Sequence record: LC739539.1
DNA from: Escherichia phage phiWec190
Length of the DNA: 64,000 bases
Strand: one strand, 5' to 3'
Shown here: positions 1 to 9,591 of the stretch, piece by piece
How the letters are laid out: each line of letters starts with the position of its first letter
How positions within the stretch are numbered: position 1 is the first letter of the stretch
Program-made: the position numbers and the translations under genes
The notes under the pieces: generated by a model
What the model was told of the DNA's origin: nothing
What the model saw: only the letters and a program-made list of their open reading frames with translations
Databases searched by the model: none

Positions 1-2361
1 CTTCTGCTCTTTCTCATCATCCACTTTAACCCAGCCCAAAGATTCTTTAGAGAACCATTTAAATTCTACCAGGTTACGAGATACTTCAAGCTGCGCTTCA
101 TCGTGGTAAGCAATCATTTGCTGAACGAAGTCTTTATTCTTCCAGTCATCAACGAAGAAGTCAACAGCCAAACCCTCCTCTTCGATCATATCGTCATAAA
201 TCACCATTGCACGTTTAGCACAGATAACCCCGCCACTTTGGAACAGTGAGTTTAAGATTGCATGTGCAGATCGTGTTGGTACTTTACGTCCATCAATACC
301 AAGAACATACTGCTTACCAGTGTTAACCCAGAAAGCATTCAACTTCTCTTTAAGTTGTGCTAACGGGAAAGCTGCTTCCCAGAATGCATCAAACACCAGT
401 TGCCCTGTGTACTTATCACTACCAATTGTCTTAGCAACCTTGTCTGCCTGTGCTCCATATGTAATCCCGTACTTAACAGATTTAGCTGGACTACGTTCAA
501 ACTTACGTCCAATAGTTTCTGTGATACGCCTTGCCATCATGGTATGAACATCGTTAGGCTTCTCTAACAAGAGGGCGTTACAGTATTCATGAGGCTCCGG
601 CTCGTAGCGCCAACAATAATGCGACTCAATCTTTGCTTCCAAGGAGTCAAAGTCATAACCGATCTGGAAGTAACGTGGTGTTTCTACCCCAAACAAGTTA
701 CGCATTTCGTACCCAAACAACGATGTAACGCGAGGAACGTTCGCAACAGAGCGATGCTTCATACGAGACGTTGCAGCGTCACACGTAGCCGCTGGAGTCG
801 ATATACGACCATCGGCACGAACTGCTGCTAAGAAGCCTTTATCGTATTCTTGATCTTCCTCATCGTCTTCCCAATCTGCACCACCGCCCAAAATAGAGTT
901 TCGACGATGTTTGTACGTCAGGTACTGCACAATCTGCGTGGCATACGGGAACTTCTCGCCCAGTGCTTCAAGATTAGGACAAATCTCTTTCTCCTGTCCC
1001 TTCGTGAAGCATGGGTTGGTCAGCACTTTAAGACCACGACCTTTCCCTTTAGCCAGACGTTCACGGATTCTAAGCTCCAATGTTTCAGCATCAGCTTGTA
1101 AGTGTTCGCAACGATCATTACAGAAGTTGCTTTCCAGAGTTTGTTTGACATAAGACAGAATACCTTTCTCTAAGTCGTCAGGATCTTTCTTGATCTTCGA
1201 ACCAGATTTAAGCGTCAAGTCTTTGTCTTTATATTCAGACGGAACCCAACCCAAACCTACAAGCCAGTTTTTAATGTGTGTCGTATCATTCAGTGTAGAC
1301 GGAATGGTAGGTTCACAAATAGGTTCTTCACTTGAGATCGGTAACTTAAACTCTTTATCTAAAACAAGCAGCCACCAATCACCTTCACGTTCTTCAAGGC
1401 TACCGCCATGTTTCTCCGCAAACCTGATGATATGGTTTGTTGGCTCACCGTTCTTCTTGATCTGAAGTTTCGGTGGAATAAAATCTTTCAGATAACCTTT
1501 AGTTGCTGGCTTAGGTGGAAGAATAGGCTCTACCAACAAACGTAGACGTTCCATTTCTTTGTCCAAGAATTCCAGGTTCTGTTCAGCTTGTTGCATGTTG
1601 AACTTAAAGCCACGGTGTTCTTGACGGGTGATGATATCCGCAATACGTTGCTCCAAGTCGAACGGCTCTTGCCACTTCTTATAATCACCCCATTCTTCCA
1701 TGAGGTAATAATATACTGCTGTAGTTGCCTTGTTGTCGTAGATACAGTAGTACAACATATCTGCGGCGAACGTCTTGAATCGCTCTCCTTCTGGAATCTC
1801 TTTACGGAAATCGATCTTAACATCCCCGCCAGCTTTTTTAGAAAGGGCGTTCAAGTTGTGTCCAGGTTTACCATCAACCTTGCGATCAGGGTTCAATACT
1901 TTACTAAGGATTAAGGTATCAATAATCTTAACTTTCGAATCACCCCAAGTGTTGTATTTAACGCTGTAATTCAGCCCGTAGTAAAGCTTAACTGCCAAGT
2001 GGTCATAGTTGATGCCGTTATGGGCTACAGCCATTTCTACGAGGTATTCAGGCTTATCTGCGAACTTACCTGTATGGTTGACAAAATCTGGAAAATCTGC
2101 CAGAGGGAAGTGTGTGTATTCCTGTGCCACATACTCCTTCAGTACATAAGTGTACTTACCGTCAGACTCTTCATAAGGACGACCATCGAAAATGTACTTA
2201 GGACCATCGTGAAAAGCAATGATCTCTCCTGTTTCGTGGTTTTCCAGACAAATACAATGCATACCAAAAGTGTCTTTCAATCGATAAGGGCTTGCCAGGT
2301 AATCAATTGTGTCATTGTTCAGTAATGCGGTTGCTTCAATATCCCATGTAAACTTACTCAT
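1..2361 (-). CDS. DNA polymerase, family A (Pol I/T7-like); about 787 codons in window, C-terminus beyond left edge
   Basis: Absent from ORF track (no stop inside window) but minus frame is open 2361->1. Hand translation starts MSKFTWDIEA, contains exo-like DTLILSKVL and Pol A-like DFDSLEAKIESHY and KSVKYGITYGAQADKVAKTIG. GGAGG RBS just upstream. Confidence 0.7.
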   Translation of the reverse strand, partial: MSKFTWDIEATALLNNDTIDYLASPYRLKDTFGMHCICLENHETGEIIAFHDGPKYIFDGRPYEESDGKYTYVLKEYVAQEYTHFPLADFPDFVNHTGKFADKPEYLVEMAVAHNGINYDHLAVKLYYGLNYSVKYNTWGDSKVKIIDTLILSKVLNPDRKVDGKPGHNLNALSKKAGGDVKIDFRKEIPEGERFKTFAADMLYYCIYDNKATTAVYYYLMEEWGDYKKWQEPFDLEQRIADIITRQEHRGFKFNMQQAEQNLEFLDKEMERLRLLVEPILPPKPATKGYLKDFIPPKLQIKKNGEPTNHIIRFAEKHGGSLEEREGDWWLLVLDKEFKLPISSEEPICEPTIPSTLNDTTHIKNWLVGLGWVPSEYKDKDLTLKSGSKIKKDPDDLEKGILSYVKQTLESNFCNDRCEHLQADAETLELRIRERLAKGKGRGLKVLTNPCFTKGQEKEICPNLEALGEKFPYATQIVQYLTYKHRRNSILGGGADWEDDEEDQEYDKGFLAAVRADGRISTPAATCDAATSRMKHRSVANVPRVTSLFGYEMRNLFGVETPRYFQIGYDFDSLEAKIESHYCWRYEPEPHEYCNALLLEKPNDVHTMMARRITETIGRKFERSPAKSVKYGITYGAQADKVAKTIGSDKYTGQLVFDAFWEAAFPLAQLKEKLNAFWVNTGKQYVLGIDGRKVPTRSAHAILNSLFQSGGVICAKRAMVIYDDMIEEEGLAVDFFVDDWKNKDFVQQMIAYHDEAQLEVSRNLVEFKWFSKESLGWVKVDDEKEQK

Positions 2362-2411
2362 TAGTCCTCCATATTATGTAACTCAACCTGAAGGGTATCA
2401 CATTCCTCAAT

Positions 2412-2433
2412 CAAAAGTCAAGAGGGGCTTGCG
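2412..2433 (-). other. GC hairpin (GGGGC-TTGC-GCCCC) between polymerase and primase-helicase genes
   Basis: Inverted repeat read directly; no clear U-run, so terminator role uncertain. Confidence 0.3.
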
Positions 2434-2444
2434 CCCCTTCTGAA

Positions 2445-4226
2445 TCAATACGCGCCTTCTGCACCACCTGCATTATCAGGGTTAGCAAAATACTGTGCTT
2501 TGTCGTGTAGCGTGGCAGTTTTAATATCGTAATAAAACTCCCCAGCCGGACCAGTTTCCGAAAATTCTCGGTTTTTGAGGATGTAGCACATAGTGGTGTT
2601 TCTCATAACGGGGTCTTCATGACTCTTATCTCGTTCCAGTGCCAGTGTAATACCTGCCCCTTTAGCCAAGAAGCTACTACCCATTGCATCATCTTCGGTT
2701 AAGTGCTCATTACCATTGTTCGCAGCTTTCTTAACATGGGAGATCACGATGATTGTAATGCCGTATTCTTTCATGATGCGCTTCAACCACGTTGCCAACT
2801 CTTCTTGTTCCTGAACACTCATCCCCGACAACAGATCCGAGTATGGGTCAATTACCAAGATGGTAATGCCAAAGTAGATAATCATCTCCAGCACCTTCTC
2901 CTTGATTGAATCAATGTCTGCACCACGGTCATCACAAACAAAGAAACGAGGAGAGCCATCTTCACGAACGTAGAAGTTATTAATAGCTTCCTTGTTCTCT
3001 TCCAGGATCGCAGCCTTTTCTTCCTTAGTCTTACGATGCAAAGGAATATGCAGGAACGAAGAAAGAAGGTTACGTGAGTATTTCTTATACGTTGCTTCCA
3101 GGGACAGAATACCCAACACATGTTCTGGATGGGCTACGATAATGTGTTTGGTGATCTCATTCACCATCAACGTCTTACCGATACTCGTTTTAGCCAGAAT
3201 AACTGTGATCTCTTCTTCTACCAGACCACCACCCAACATGTTCGCAGCAGTACGCATGAACGGAGGAAGGGTGATCACTTGTGCATCCAGACAGTCCATT
3301 GCAGCTTCATAGAGTTCGTTCGAAGCATAAACACCCGCTGGGGTATAAAGTTTTGCAGCCCAATAAGCCTTCACAAAATCTTTTGCTTTATCTTGCAACA
3401 GGTATTCATTGGCATCTTTCAGTTCCATCTTCATCAGGTAAACTTTATTACGAGGCAACACTTTTACAATGTTCTCAAAAGCTTCCTTACCTGCCTTATC
3501 ATTATCCATGCAGACGATGATCTTCTTGAACTTCTCAAAGAAAGGGTACTGTGCCTGTACCTGTTTATACATACTGGTTTCACCAGTTGTGCCACTAACT
3601 ACCGCTGGTAATTCATATTTTCTGTCAAGACCTTCTGCCAACATTTGATATGCTGCCAAGGCATCATGTTCACCACCAGTAATGATCACGGTGTGGGAAC
3701 GTTCAAGGAAACGAAATTGTCCAAACAAATCTACATCTTTACCTACTTGACCAATGGGCTTGGAGAAGTCTTTAGGATGGATACGACGCTTAAAACCTAC
3801 CAGTTCTTTACCGATAGTTGTTGGATACAAAGTATGTTCCACAACAACACCAGATTCTTCTTGTTTATACTGGTAACGAACACCGTAGAATTTAGAATAT
3901 TCTTCCTTGATCCCACGGTAGCCTCGTGGGTTAGTGCCTGTTTCTTCTACAATCTTACGATGAATCTCTTTATTAAATTCCGAACCCACAATATCCTCCT
4001 CTTCTTCTAAAACTTCACCATTCTCTCTTAACCATTCAACGCTGGGGATTGTGTACTCACACGCAAAGCATTTGGCTCCTTTATGCTCACCGTTAGAATC
4101 CAATCCATAAACCATCAGGTTATTACGAGAGCGATCCTTGCCATTTTTCATGCAGCGTGGACAGCCAGTGTGCCCTTCCCTGCTAAGATCAACATCAAAT
4201 CCATATTTCGTTATAATGTGTGTCAC
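2445..4226 (-). CDS. DNA primase-helicase (T7 gp4-like: Zn-ribbon + primase + DnaB-like helicase)
   Basis: 593 aa; N-terminal CPRC...CFAC zinc ribbon, central ITGGEHDALAAYQ, C-terminal Walker-A-like LAKTSIGKT. Confidence 0.7.
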   Translation of the reverse strand: MTHIITKYGFDVDLSREGHTGCPRCMKNGKDRSRNNLMVYGLDSNGEHKGAKCFACEYTIPSVEWLRENGEVLEEEEDIVGSEFNKEIHRKIVEETGTNPRGYRGIKEEYSKFYGVRYQYKQEESGVVVEHTLYPTTIGKELVGFKRRIHPKDFSKPIGQVGKDVDLFGQFRFLERSHTVIITGGEHDALAAYQMLAEGLDRKYELPAVVSGTTGETSMYKQVQAQYPFFEKFKKIIVCMDNDKAGKEAFENIVKVLPRNKVYLMKMELKDANEYLLQDKAKDFVKAYWAAKLYTPAGVYASNELYEAAMDCLDAQVITLPPFMRTAANMLGGGLVEEEITVILAKTSIGKTLMVNEITKHIIVAHPEHVLGILSLEATYKKYSRNLLSSFLHIPLHRKTKEEKAAILEENKEAINNFYVREDGSPRFFVCDDRGADIDSIKEKVLEMIIYFGITILVIDPYSDLLSGMSVQEQEELATWLKRIMKEYGITIIVISHVKKAANNGNEHLTEDDAMGSSFLAKGAGITLALERDKSHEDPVMRNTTMCYILKNREFSETGPAGEFYYDIKTATLHDKAQYFANPDNAGGAEGAY

Positions 4227-4238
4227 AATCCTCTCCTG

Positions 4239-4517
4239 TTAAAATGATTCGTTAGTTTCCATCATGTACGCGGCTTCTAATGCCTCCATATGTTTTTTGA
4301 ATTGGTATGCGATTTCTGTTACGGTCACGTTAATATCTTCCGCATCAAGTTGTTCCAGACCCGCATAGAAACGGATACCGTCGATCAGTAACCCACCGTG
4401 GTAATCCCAATCACTTTCCCGTGAGTGTGGATCAGGTTCTTCGTAGTAATAATCAACTTCCACCACAACATTAAAACCACTTTTCGTAGTGTACTCAAAA
4501 TCAAAAGTATTCAGCAT
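4239..4517 (-). CDS. hypothetical protein (acidic, 92 aa)
   Basis: ORF track; co-oriented and tightly packed; no recognisable motif. Confidence 0.45.
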   Translation of the reverse strand: MLNTFDFEYTTKSGFNVVVEVDYYYEEPDPHSRESDWDYHGGLLIDGIRFYAGLEQLDAEDINVTVTEIAYQFKKHMEALEAAYMMETNESF

Positions 4518-5467
4518 TATAGCTCCTCAAATAATAATCTACGGCGTTCATTCAGCACATCAATGTGATAATGCTTACGAACATATTTAGCTAAAGCCAA
4601 TCCCTTCTCGATCCCCACATCAGGTTCTTGGATCAGGTAATTAACAATATCTTCCCATTCACTTCTTGATTCTGCAAAGAACAGTAAATCCTTAAACTCT
4701 TCTGTGAAGTAATTCTCACGAGGAGAACAGACCAAAGGCAGACCCTTGGCACCAGCCTCCAGAATCTTAAGGTTACTTTTGGCGTTATTAAACAGGTTAT
4801 CGGTCAAAGGCGCAAGCATTATTTGATGACCATCATAAGATTCCATGTAGCTCTCATATGGTCTAACAGCCTCATAATTGCAGCTTGGAGCCACTTTTTC
4901 ACGTATGTCAGTCCATTGCTGACTACTTAGTACTTCACTATCTCTACGGAATCCGCAGATTGTTAAATCCCTTCCAAAATTCGGCAGTAGAGCTAAATCT
5001 TGTTTATGTGTTTCACTTCCAGCCCATACTATCGGTGATTTGGAATAGCGATCACGAGTTAACGTGAACTGATCCTCATCAAACGGTAAGCCATTTGGAA
5101 TAATATGTACGTTAGGATTGTACTGGGACAGTTCCACCTGGAGAGCAGGTGTTGTTGTCGTCACAAGATCACTACGTTCAAGAAACCATTGCAAGTCTTC
5201 TCGAATACCTGCATCAAAAATGTCTTCCAGCATGTGTCCTTGAGGAATGTTTAAGGAGTCATCCAAATCCATTACCATCTTAAAACCCATGCTCTTAAGG
5301 GCTATGAAACCTTGTTTCCCTTTTGTAGGGACACCGTTAAAGACATATACGTTCTGTGACGGTTGCGCCGAGAACTGCCTTGTGTAAGGCAGCATTACTC
5401 GGTGATAATCGCAGACACTATATTCTTTTCCAGCACGATTGTCAAGAATAATTTGTCCCATAGACAC
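4517..5467 (-). CDS. glycosyltransferase-like protein (GT-B-type), paralog A
   Basis: 316 aa; CDYHRV, LPFDEDQFTL and KSNLKILEAGAKGLPLV (E..A.G.P motif); clear paralog of 5468..6454. Confidence 0.5.
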   Translation of the reverse strand: MSMGQIILDNRAGKEYSVCDYHRVMLPYTRQFSAQPSQNVYVFNGVPTKGKQGFIALKSMGFKMVMDLDDSLNIPQGHMLEDIFDAGIREDLQWFLERSDLVTTTTPALQVELSQYNPNVHIIPNGLPFDEDQFTLTRDRYSKSPIVWAGSETHKQDLALLPNFGRDLTICGFRRDSEVLSSQQWTDIREKVAPSCNYEAVRPYESYMESYDGHQIMLAPLTDNLFNNAKSNLKILEAGAKGLPLVCSPRENYFTEEFKDLLFFAESRSEWEDIVNYLIQEPDVGIEKGLALAKYVRKHYHIDVLNERRRLLFEEL

Positions 5468-6454
5468 CTACAGACTTTCGATCACTTGACGACGCAATTC
5501 GTTTGCATCCTTCAAGTTGTAATGAGTACGAACATGTTCAGCCAAGAACAGTCCACGATCTTCACGGTAGTTTGGATTACGAAGTAGTTTTACAACTTCA
5601 TAGTGCCACTCTGCCTTGCTATCTGCGAAGGTTACTGCACGGGCATCGATCGGGTTGTAGTAAGGTAATACCTTAGAACAAACGATTGGAATACCTTTAG
5701 CACCAGCTTCTAATACTTTTAGGTTGCTCTTGCAATGGTTGAAGTCATTATCAACTAACGGAGCTACAGCCATAGCATGACCATCGTATGCAGACATATA
5801 ATCATTCAAAGAATCTACAGCAGGTTTATACTGCGCATTAGGCAAACTACGGCGGATCTTAACCCACTCTTGCCCTGTCACTGTGCTGCTCGCTTCATAC
5901 CCTGCGATAGACAACAGACTATCATCAAAAGTATTTGAAAGCAAACGTAGATCCGGTTCATGACTTGCACCTCCAGCCCAGATAATAGGCGTACCCGAAG
6001 TACGATCGTTCGACAGAGTGAACTGGTCATCATCGAACGGTAGAGCATTTCGGATCACAACAACATTAGAGTTTAAGTGACGAATTTTATATGCCAAGTA
6101 TTCTGTTGTCACGATAACCACATCTGCCAGTTTAACCATTTCCACAATGGTGCGGGTGTTTGGCGCGTACAGATGCGCCAGGTAGTGCTCTGGATTCAAC
6201 TGATAGAAATCATCCAAATCTACAACAATCTTAACACCTTGACGCTTAAGCTTTGCTACTTCGTCAGCACCTTTCGAGAAGATGCGATTAAAGACCAGTA
6301 CATCGGTACGTGGTTTTATCTCTACATTAGAAAACGGCATAACGACGCGATGATAATCACAACCACTGTTGAATTTGTTGTCACACAGTAGGGTGGGTTT
6401 TTTATTTAGCGCCATATCCTTCAGCCTCTTCAAAAGAGATGTGTGTTTTGCCAT
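5468..6454 (-). CDS. glycosyltransferase-like protein (GT-B-type), paralog B
   Basis: 328 aa; same three motifs as 4517..5467; true start may be the internal Met near 6415. Confidence 0.5.
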   Translation of the reverse strand: MAKHTSLLKRLKDMALNKKPTLLCDNKFNSGCDYHRVVMPFSNVEIKPRTDVLVFNRIFSKGADEVAKLKRQGVKIVVDLDDFYQLNPEHYLAHLYAPNTRTIVEMVKLADVVIVTTEYLAYKIRHLNSNVVVIRNALPFDDDQFTLSNDRTSGTPIIWAGGASHEPDLRLLSNTFDDSLLSIAGYEASSTVTGQEWVKIRRSLPNAQYKPAVDSLNDYMSAYDGHAMAVAPLVDNDFNHCKSNLKVLEAGAKGIPIVCSKVLPYYNPIDARAVTFADSKAEWHYEVVKLLRNPNYREDRGLFLAEHVRTHYNLKDANELRRQVIESL

Positions 6455-7085
6455 TATTGATATCCTCCAAAGACAGTTTGTATTCTTCCCAGTTAACCCC
6501 GATCGCTGCTTCTTTCTCTTCTTTTGTCAGGTTAGCAAAAGGCAGAGGGTTGTCACCGAAAACATCGTCAGGGTGAATATATGCCATAATGCGCATCGGA
6601 CAAGGTACGCCCTGAAGTCCTTTATTCAAACCTGAAGCTTTCAGACGGTTAGTCCATTCTGCATCTTCGAAACCATATCCATGTGTGTACGGACGGAAGT
6701 AGCCCATTGTCTCAACAGTTGCACGAGAATACATTGCAAACTGACACATAGCCAGTTCCCAGAAAACTACTTCTCCCGAACAACCGATCACGGTATCTTT
6801 GAAGTATTCTGGCATACCAAAGAAGTCCCAACCATTTTCAACAGCTTGCTTAACGAAGTATTCTTCCCAACCACGTTTGACTGGATAGCAATCATCATCG
6901 AAAATAAACCAGTAATCAAAACCTTCGTCATAAAACTGTTTCATCAGTTGGTTGCGAGCATAGGCTACACCTTTACGATCTGGATCGTGGAACACTTTGA
7001 AGTCTACACCAGGTGCAACCATGTAATCTTTAAGTGGACGAACGCCTACAGTGATAACGCCAACCCCAATTTTAACATTTTCCAT
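6402..7085 (-). CDS. glycosyltransferase-like protein (GT-A-type, DxD)
   Basis: 227 aa; FDYWFIFDDDCYP acidic DxD-like motif. Confidence 0.45.
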   Translation of the reverse strand: MENVKIGVGVITVGVRPLKDYMVAPGVDFKVFHDPDRKGVAYARNQLMKQFYDEGFDYWFIFDDDCYPVKRGWEEYFVKQAVENGWDFFGMPEYFKDTVIGCSGEVVFWELAMCQFAMYSRATVETMGYFRPYTHGYGFEDAEWTNRLKASGLNKGLQGVPCPMRIMAYIHPDDVFGDNPLPFANLTKEEKEAAIGVNWEEYKLSLEDINNGKTHISFEEAEGYGAK

Positions 7086-7093
7086 CTTTCCCC

Positions 7094-7657
7094 CTAAATA
7101 GTTTTCCTGTGATCATGACAGTGCATGAGGTGTGATATTGCCCGTTGAGGATCTTTTTGACCTAAACGGTAAATGTGGAAGAGATACATCCCACGCATCA
7201 ATCCTAACCTTTTTCCTCGTTCATGTAAAGTGTTTGAGAAGATTATATCGAACTGGATGCTACGTTCTTCAAAAGGGATCTCCTTCCATAATGATTTCCT
7301 GAACAACAGGAAGAAACCTGCCAAGGGAGTGCCTTGCGGGACTTCTTCAATTTCATCGCCATAGTAATCACGAGCAACTTTGGCATGAGAAATATGGTTC
7401 AGAATGTCAGGATCATCATTAATCTTTCCGCCGAGGAGTTGATAACTACTGCCTAAACGGTTACAGGATGCACCTATTACATCGAACGGTGGGTTGGTTG
7501 CTACCAAATCTTCCAACATAGAAGGTTGGTCTGGCAGTAAGAACATGGTGTCGGTATCACGTAAACACACCCAACTATCTTCATGAAGAACGGCAATAGC
7601 ATCGTTAATTGCTTTGCCGATATCTCCAGTCAGATAAGGGGTAATATAATAAATCAT
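7094..7657 (-). CDS. hypothetical protein, possible GT-A-like glycosyltransferase
   Basis: 187 aa; VCLRDTDTMFLLPD DxD-like motif; weak. Confidence 0.35.
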   Translation of the reverse strand: MIYYITPYLTGDIGKAINDAIAVLHEDSWVCLRDTDTMFLLPDQPSMLEDLVATNPPFDVIGASCNRLGSSYQLLGGKINDDPDILNHISHAKVARDYYGDEIEEVPQGTPLAGFFLLFRKSLWKEIPFEERSIQFDIIFSNTLHERGKRLGLMRGMYLFHIYRLGQKDPQRAISHLMHCHDHRKTI

Positions 7658-7666
7658 ACTAACCCC

Positions 7667-7888
7667 TTACTTAGAATCCACTACCATTCCGCGTTTAACC
7701 ATTGCTTGACGAATCTCAAGCACACGATCCCGTGCTTCCATATATTCCTTGAAGGAGTCTTGAAGATGATCCAAAGCTACATCTCGCATTTTAATCAGTT
7801 TGTCGTTTGTTACGTTCTCAAGAGAAAGTTCCCCTGTATTATTTATCCCATTCGTTTTCATCAACAACCCCCTTAATCTGAACAGCAC
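7667..7888 (-). CDS. hypothetical protein (73 aa)
   Basis: ORF track; co-oriented. Confidence 0.4.
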   Translation of the reverse strand: MLFRLRGLLMKTNGINNTGELSLENVTNDKLIKMRDVALDHLQDSFKEYMEARDRVLEIRQAMVKRGMVVDSK

Positions 7889-8069
7889 AAGCTTTACAAA
7901 TGCAACTACCGTTGCTCTTGGAGAGTTCGATATACGGTTCGTTACCGTCTTCGCCCTTTCTTGAATCGTAGATTACACTGTTGAAACAAACAACGCAAAC
8001 ACTTTTCAGTATCGTGTATTTCTCTACTTTCTTCCGAGTACGGAAGTTTACTTCGATGATATCTGCCAT
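7839..8069 (-). CDS. small Cys-rich (zinc-ribbon-like) protein
   Basis: 76 aa; CVVC...CICKAC cysteine pairs. Confidence 0.4.
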   Translation of the reverse strand: MADIIEVNFRTRKKVEKYTILKSVCVVCFNSVIYDSRKGEDGNEPYIELSKSNGSCICKACAVQIKGVVDENEWDK

Positions 8070-8353
8070 TAGTGAATCACTCCTAAAATGTTGTTTTGTG
8101 CCATAACCATTGAAGATTCAACAGCATCGTGACTTCTTGCAAAACGCTCCCACAGAACAGCATCTACTTTAAGAGCTATGCAAGGATAAATACTGTCGTT
8201 GAGCAACTCCACGGAATATTTATCAACATCGCTTTCGTCTTCCATGAAGAGGGTAGCGTAAGCTTCCAAACCTTTACGAATGTAGTACACATCTTCTTCG
8301 GTTAAACCGATAACGAGATAGCTCGCAACAACAACAGTATTATCTTCTCGCAT
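8069..8353 (-). CDS. hypothetical protein (94 aa)
   Basis: ORF track; ATGA-type overlap with neighbour. Confidence 0.45.
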   Translation of the reverse strand: MREDNTVVVASYLVIGLTEEDVYYIRKGLEAYATLFMEDESDVDKYSVELLNDSIYPCIALKVDAVLWERFARSHDAVESSMVMAQNNILGVIH

Positions 8354-8354
8354 A

Positions 8355-8936
8355 TTAGCTCCTTGTCGGTGAGTAGAACTGATGTTCTTTATAACGATAC
8401 ACTAAGACCATATCTTTTGTCCAGTGTGCACGGGTTTTTACTTTCTTAAAAAATGTCGCACCTTTTGTCATGTCCTGGGCTTCTCTAAGTGTAGGGAAGT
8501 TTGTATCCAGGTATATAAGTCGTTTTGCGATAGCTTTAGCTTCTTTCCATCGCTCTGCTTCAGTAACGTTAAACTTCTTCCTGTAAGAGAATTGTCCCCG
8601 TTGGAAGAGAATATCTTTAATATTGTCAGGGAAGTAATCATCACCTTTCCTGTTCAATACTACGTTACCTACAGCATACATTCCACGTTTACCCTGATTA
8701 CGACTTTCAGCGTAAATTGCACAAGCTAAGAGATTTTCTTTAGTATCTTGCTTTGCACATTTGTGAACTACTTTAGCAGTCTTTACGTTTGCAGCTTCGG
8801 CGGTTGCCGTGACAGGTGTAAATGTAAAAGCAGTTAAGGATAGTAACGCAACTGTTACAAAGTTTTTTATCAGCAAATTTTGCCTCCTTTTGGGTGAATG
8901 AACTACCAGTATAACACATGAGAGGCGTTTTTGCAA
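8355..8936 (-). CDS. cell-wall hydrolase, SleB/CwlJ-like (Hydrolase_2-type), with hydrophobic N-terminus
   Basis: ACAIYAESRNQGKRGMYAVGNVVLNR resembles the SleB signature; hydrophobic VTVALLSLTAFTFTPVTATA segment; true start probably internal. Confidence 0.55.
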   Translation of the reverse strand: MQKRLSCVILVVHSPKRRQNLLIKNFVTVALLSLTAFTFTPVTATAEAANVKTAKVVHKCAKQDTKENLLACAIYAESRNQGKRGMYAVGNVVLNRKGDDYFPDNIKDILFQRGQFSYRKKFNVTEAERWKEAKAIAKRLIYLDTNFPTLREAQDMTKGATFFKKVKTRAHWTKDMVLVYRYKEHQFYSPTRS

Positions 8937-8973
8937 TGGGGGATTTCTCCCCCAACAACATTTCAGTTAAATC

Positions 8974-9576
8974 TTACGGGCAATCATACCATTCTTTCTG
9001 ACCACCGAAGGCCATAACCACATCACAGATATCCATACCTGCTTTACCAACACCGTAAGCTTTCAGTTTCCATTCACCGTCTTCACGAACCAAGGAAGCT
9101 ACGTGGCAGATCGTGTTACCAGCTACTTCAGGAGCCAGGAAGTCGAAGTCCAGGATCTCAACGTTACGCTCGGCATCAAAAATCTTCAGCATACCTTCAG
9201 TAGCATGGCCCAGACGTTTCTGGCCCGTTTCATCATCAATAGTCAGGACAAAAGCAATCTCTTCGGCTTTATCGGAGATCTTAGCTAAGGTTACATCAAT
9301 CTGTTCCATTTGACCAGTACCATCACGAACATCATCACCTGCGAATACAGAACGTTCTGGATCAAACTTGTTAGCATAACAAACCAGATGACGTGCAGAC
9401 AGCATTTCAGGGTTGCCAGAAGCGTTGTGTCGGCATACAAGTGCGCTTACATCCAAATCCAGTTTAGAGTTTGATTTCCAGGAGAACTCCAGACGCAGTT
9501 CTTTCAGTGCCGGAGCAACTTTCTTCAGGGAAATCTTGTCAGTGGAACCTTTTTTCAGGGAAATTTTATCGCTCAT
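8974..9576 (-). CDS. terD: TerD-domain protein
   Basis: 200 aa; duplicated N-terminal DKISLKK, DLDVSAL, GDDVRDGTG, GEWKLKAYGVG; matches TerD family layout. Confidence 0.85.
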   Translation of the reverse strand: MSDKISLKKGSTDKISLKKVAPALKELRLEFSWKSNSKLDLDVSALVCRHNASGNPEMLSARHLVCYANKFDPERSVFAGDDVRDGTGQMEQIDVTLAKISDKAEEIAFVLTIDDETGQKRLGHATEGMLKIFDAERNVEILDFDFLAPEVAGNTICHVASLVREDGEWKLKAYGVGKAGMDICDVVMAFGGQKEWYDCP

Positions 9577-9591
9577 TATATGTCTCCTCTA

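Noticed and set aside
320-2325. Plus-strand track ORFs 320..547, 589..831, 850..1101, 911..1153, 1190..1465, 1588..1914, 1775..1969, 1999..2325 and minus ORF 1530..1823
   Set aside because: All lie inside the long minus-strand polymerase reading frame, are short with low-complexity translations, and lack RBS or promoter context; treated as shadow ORFs.
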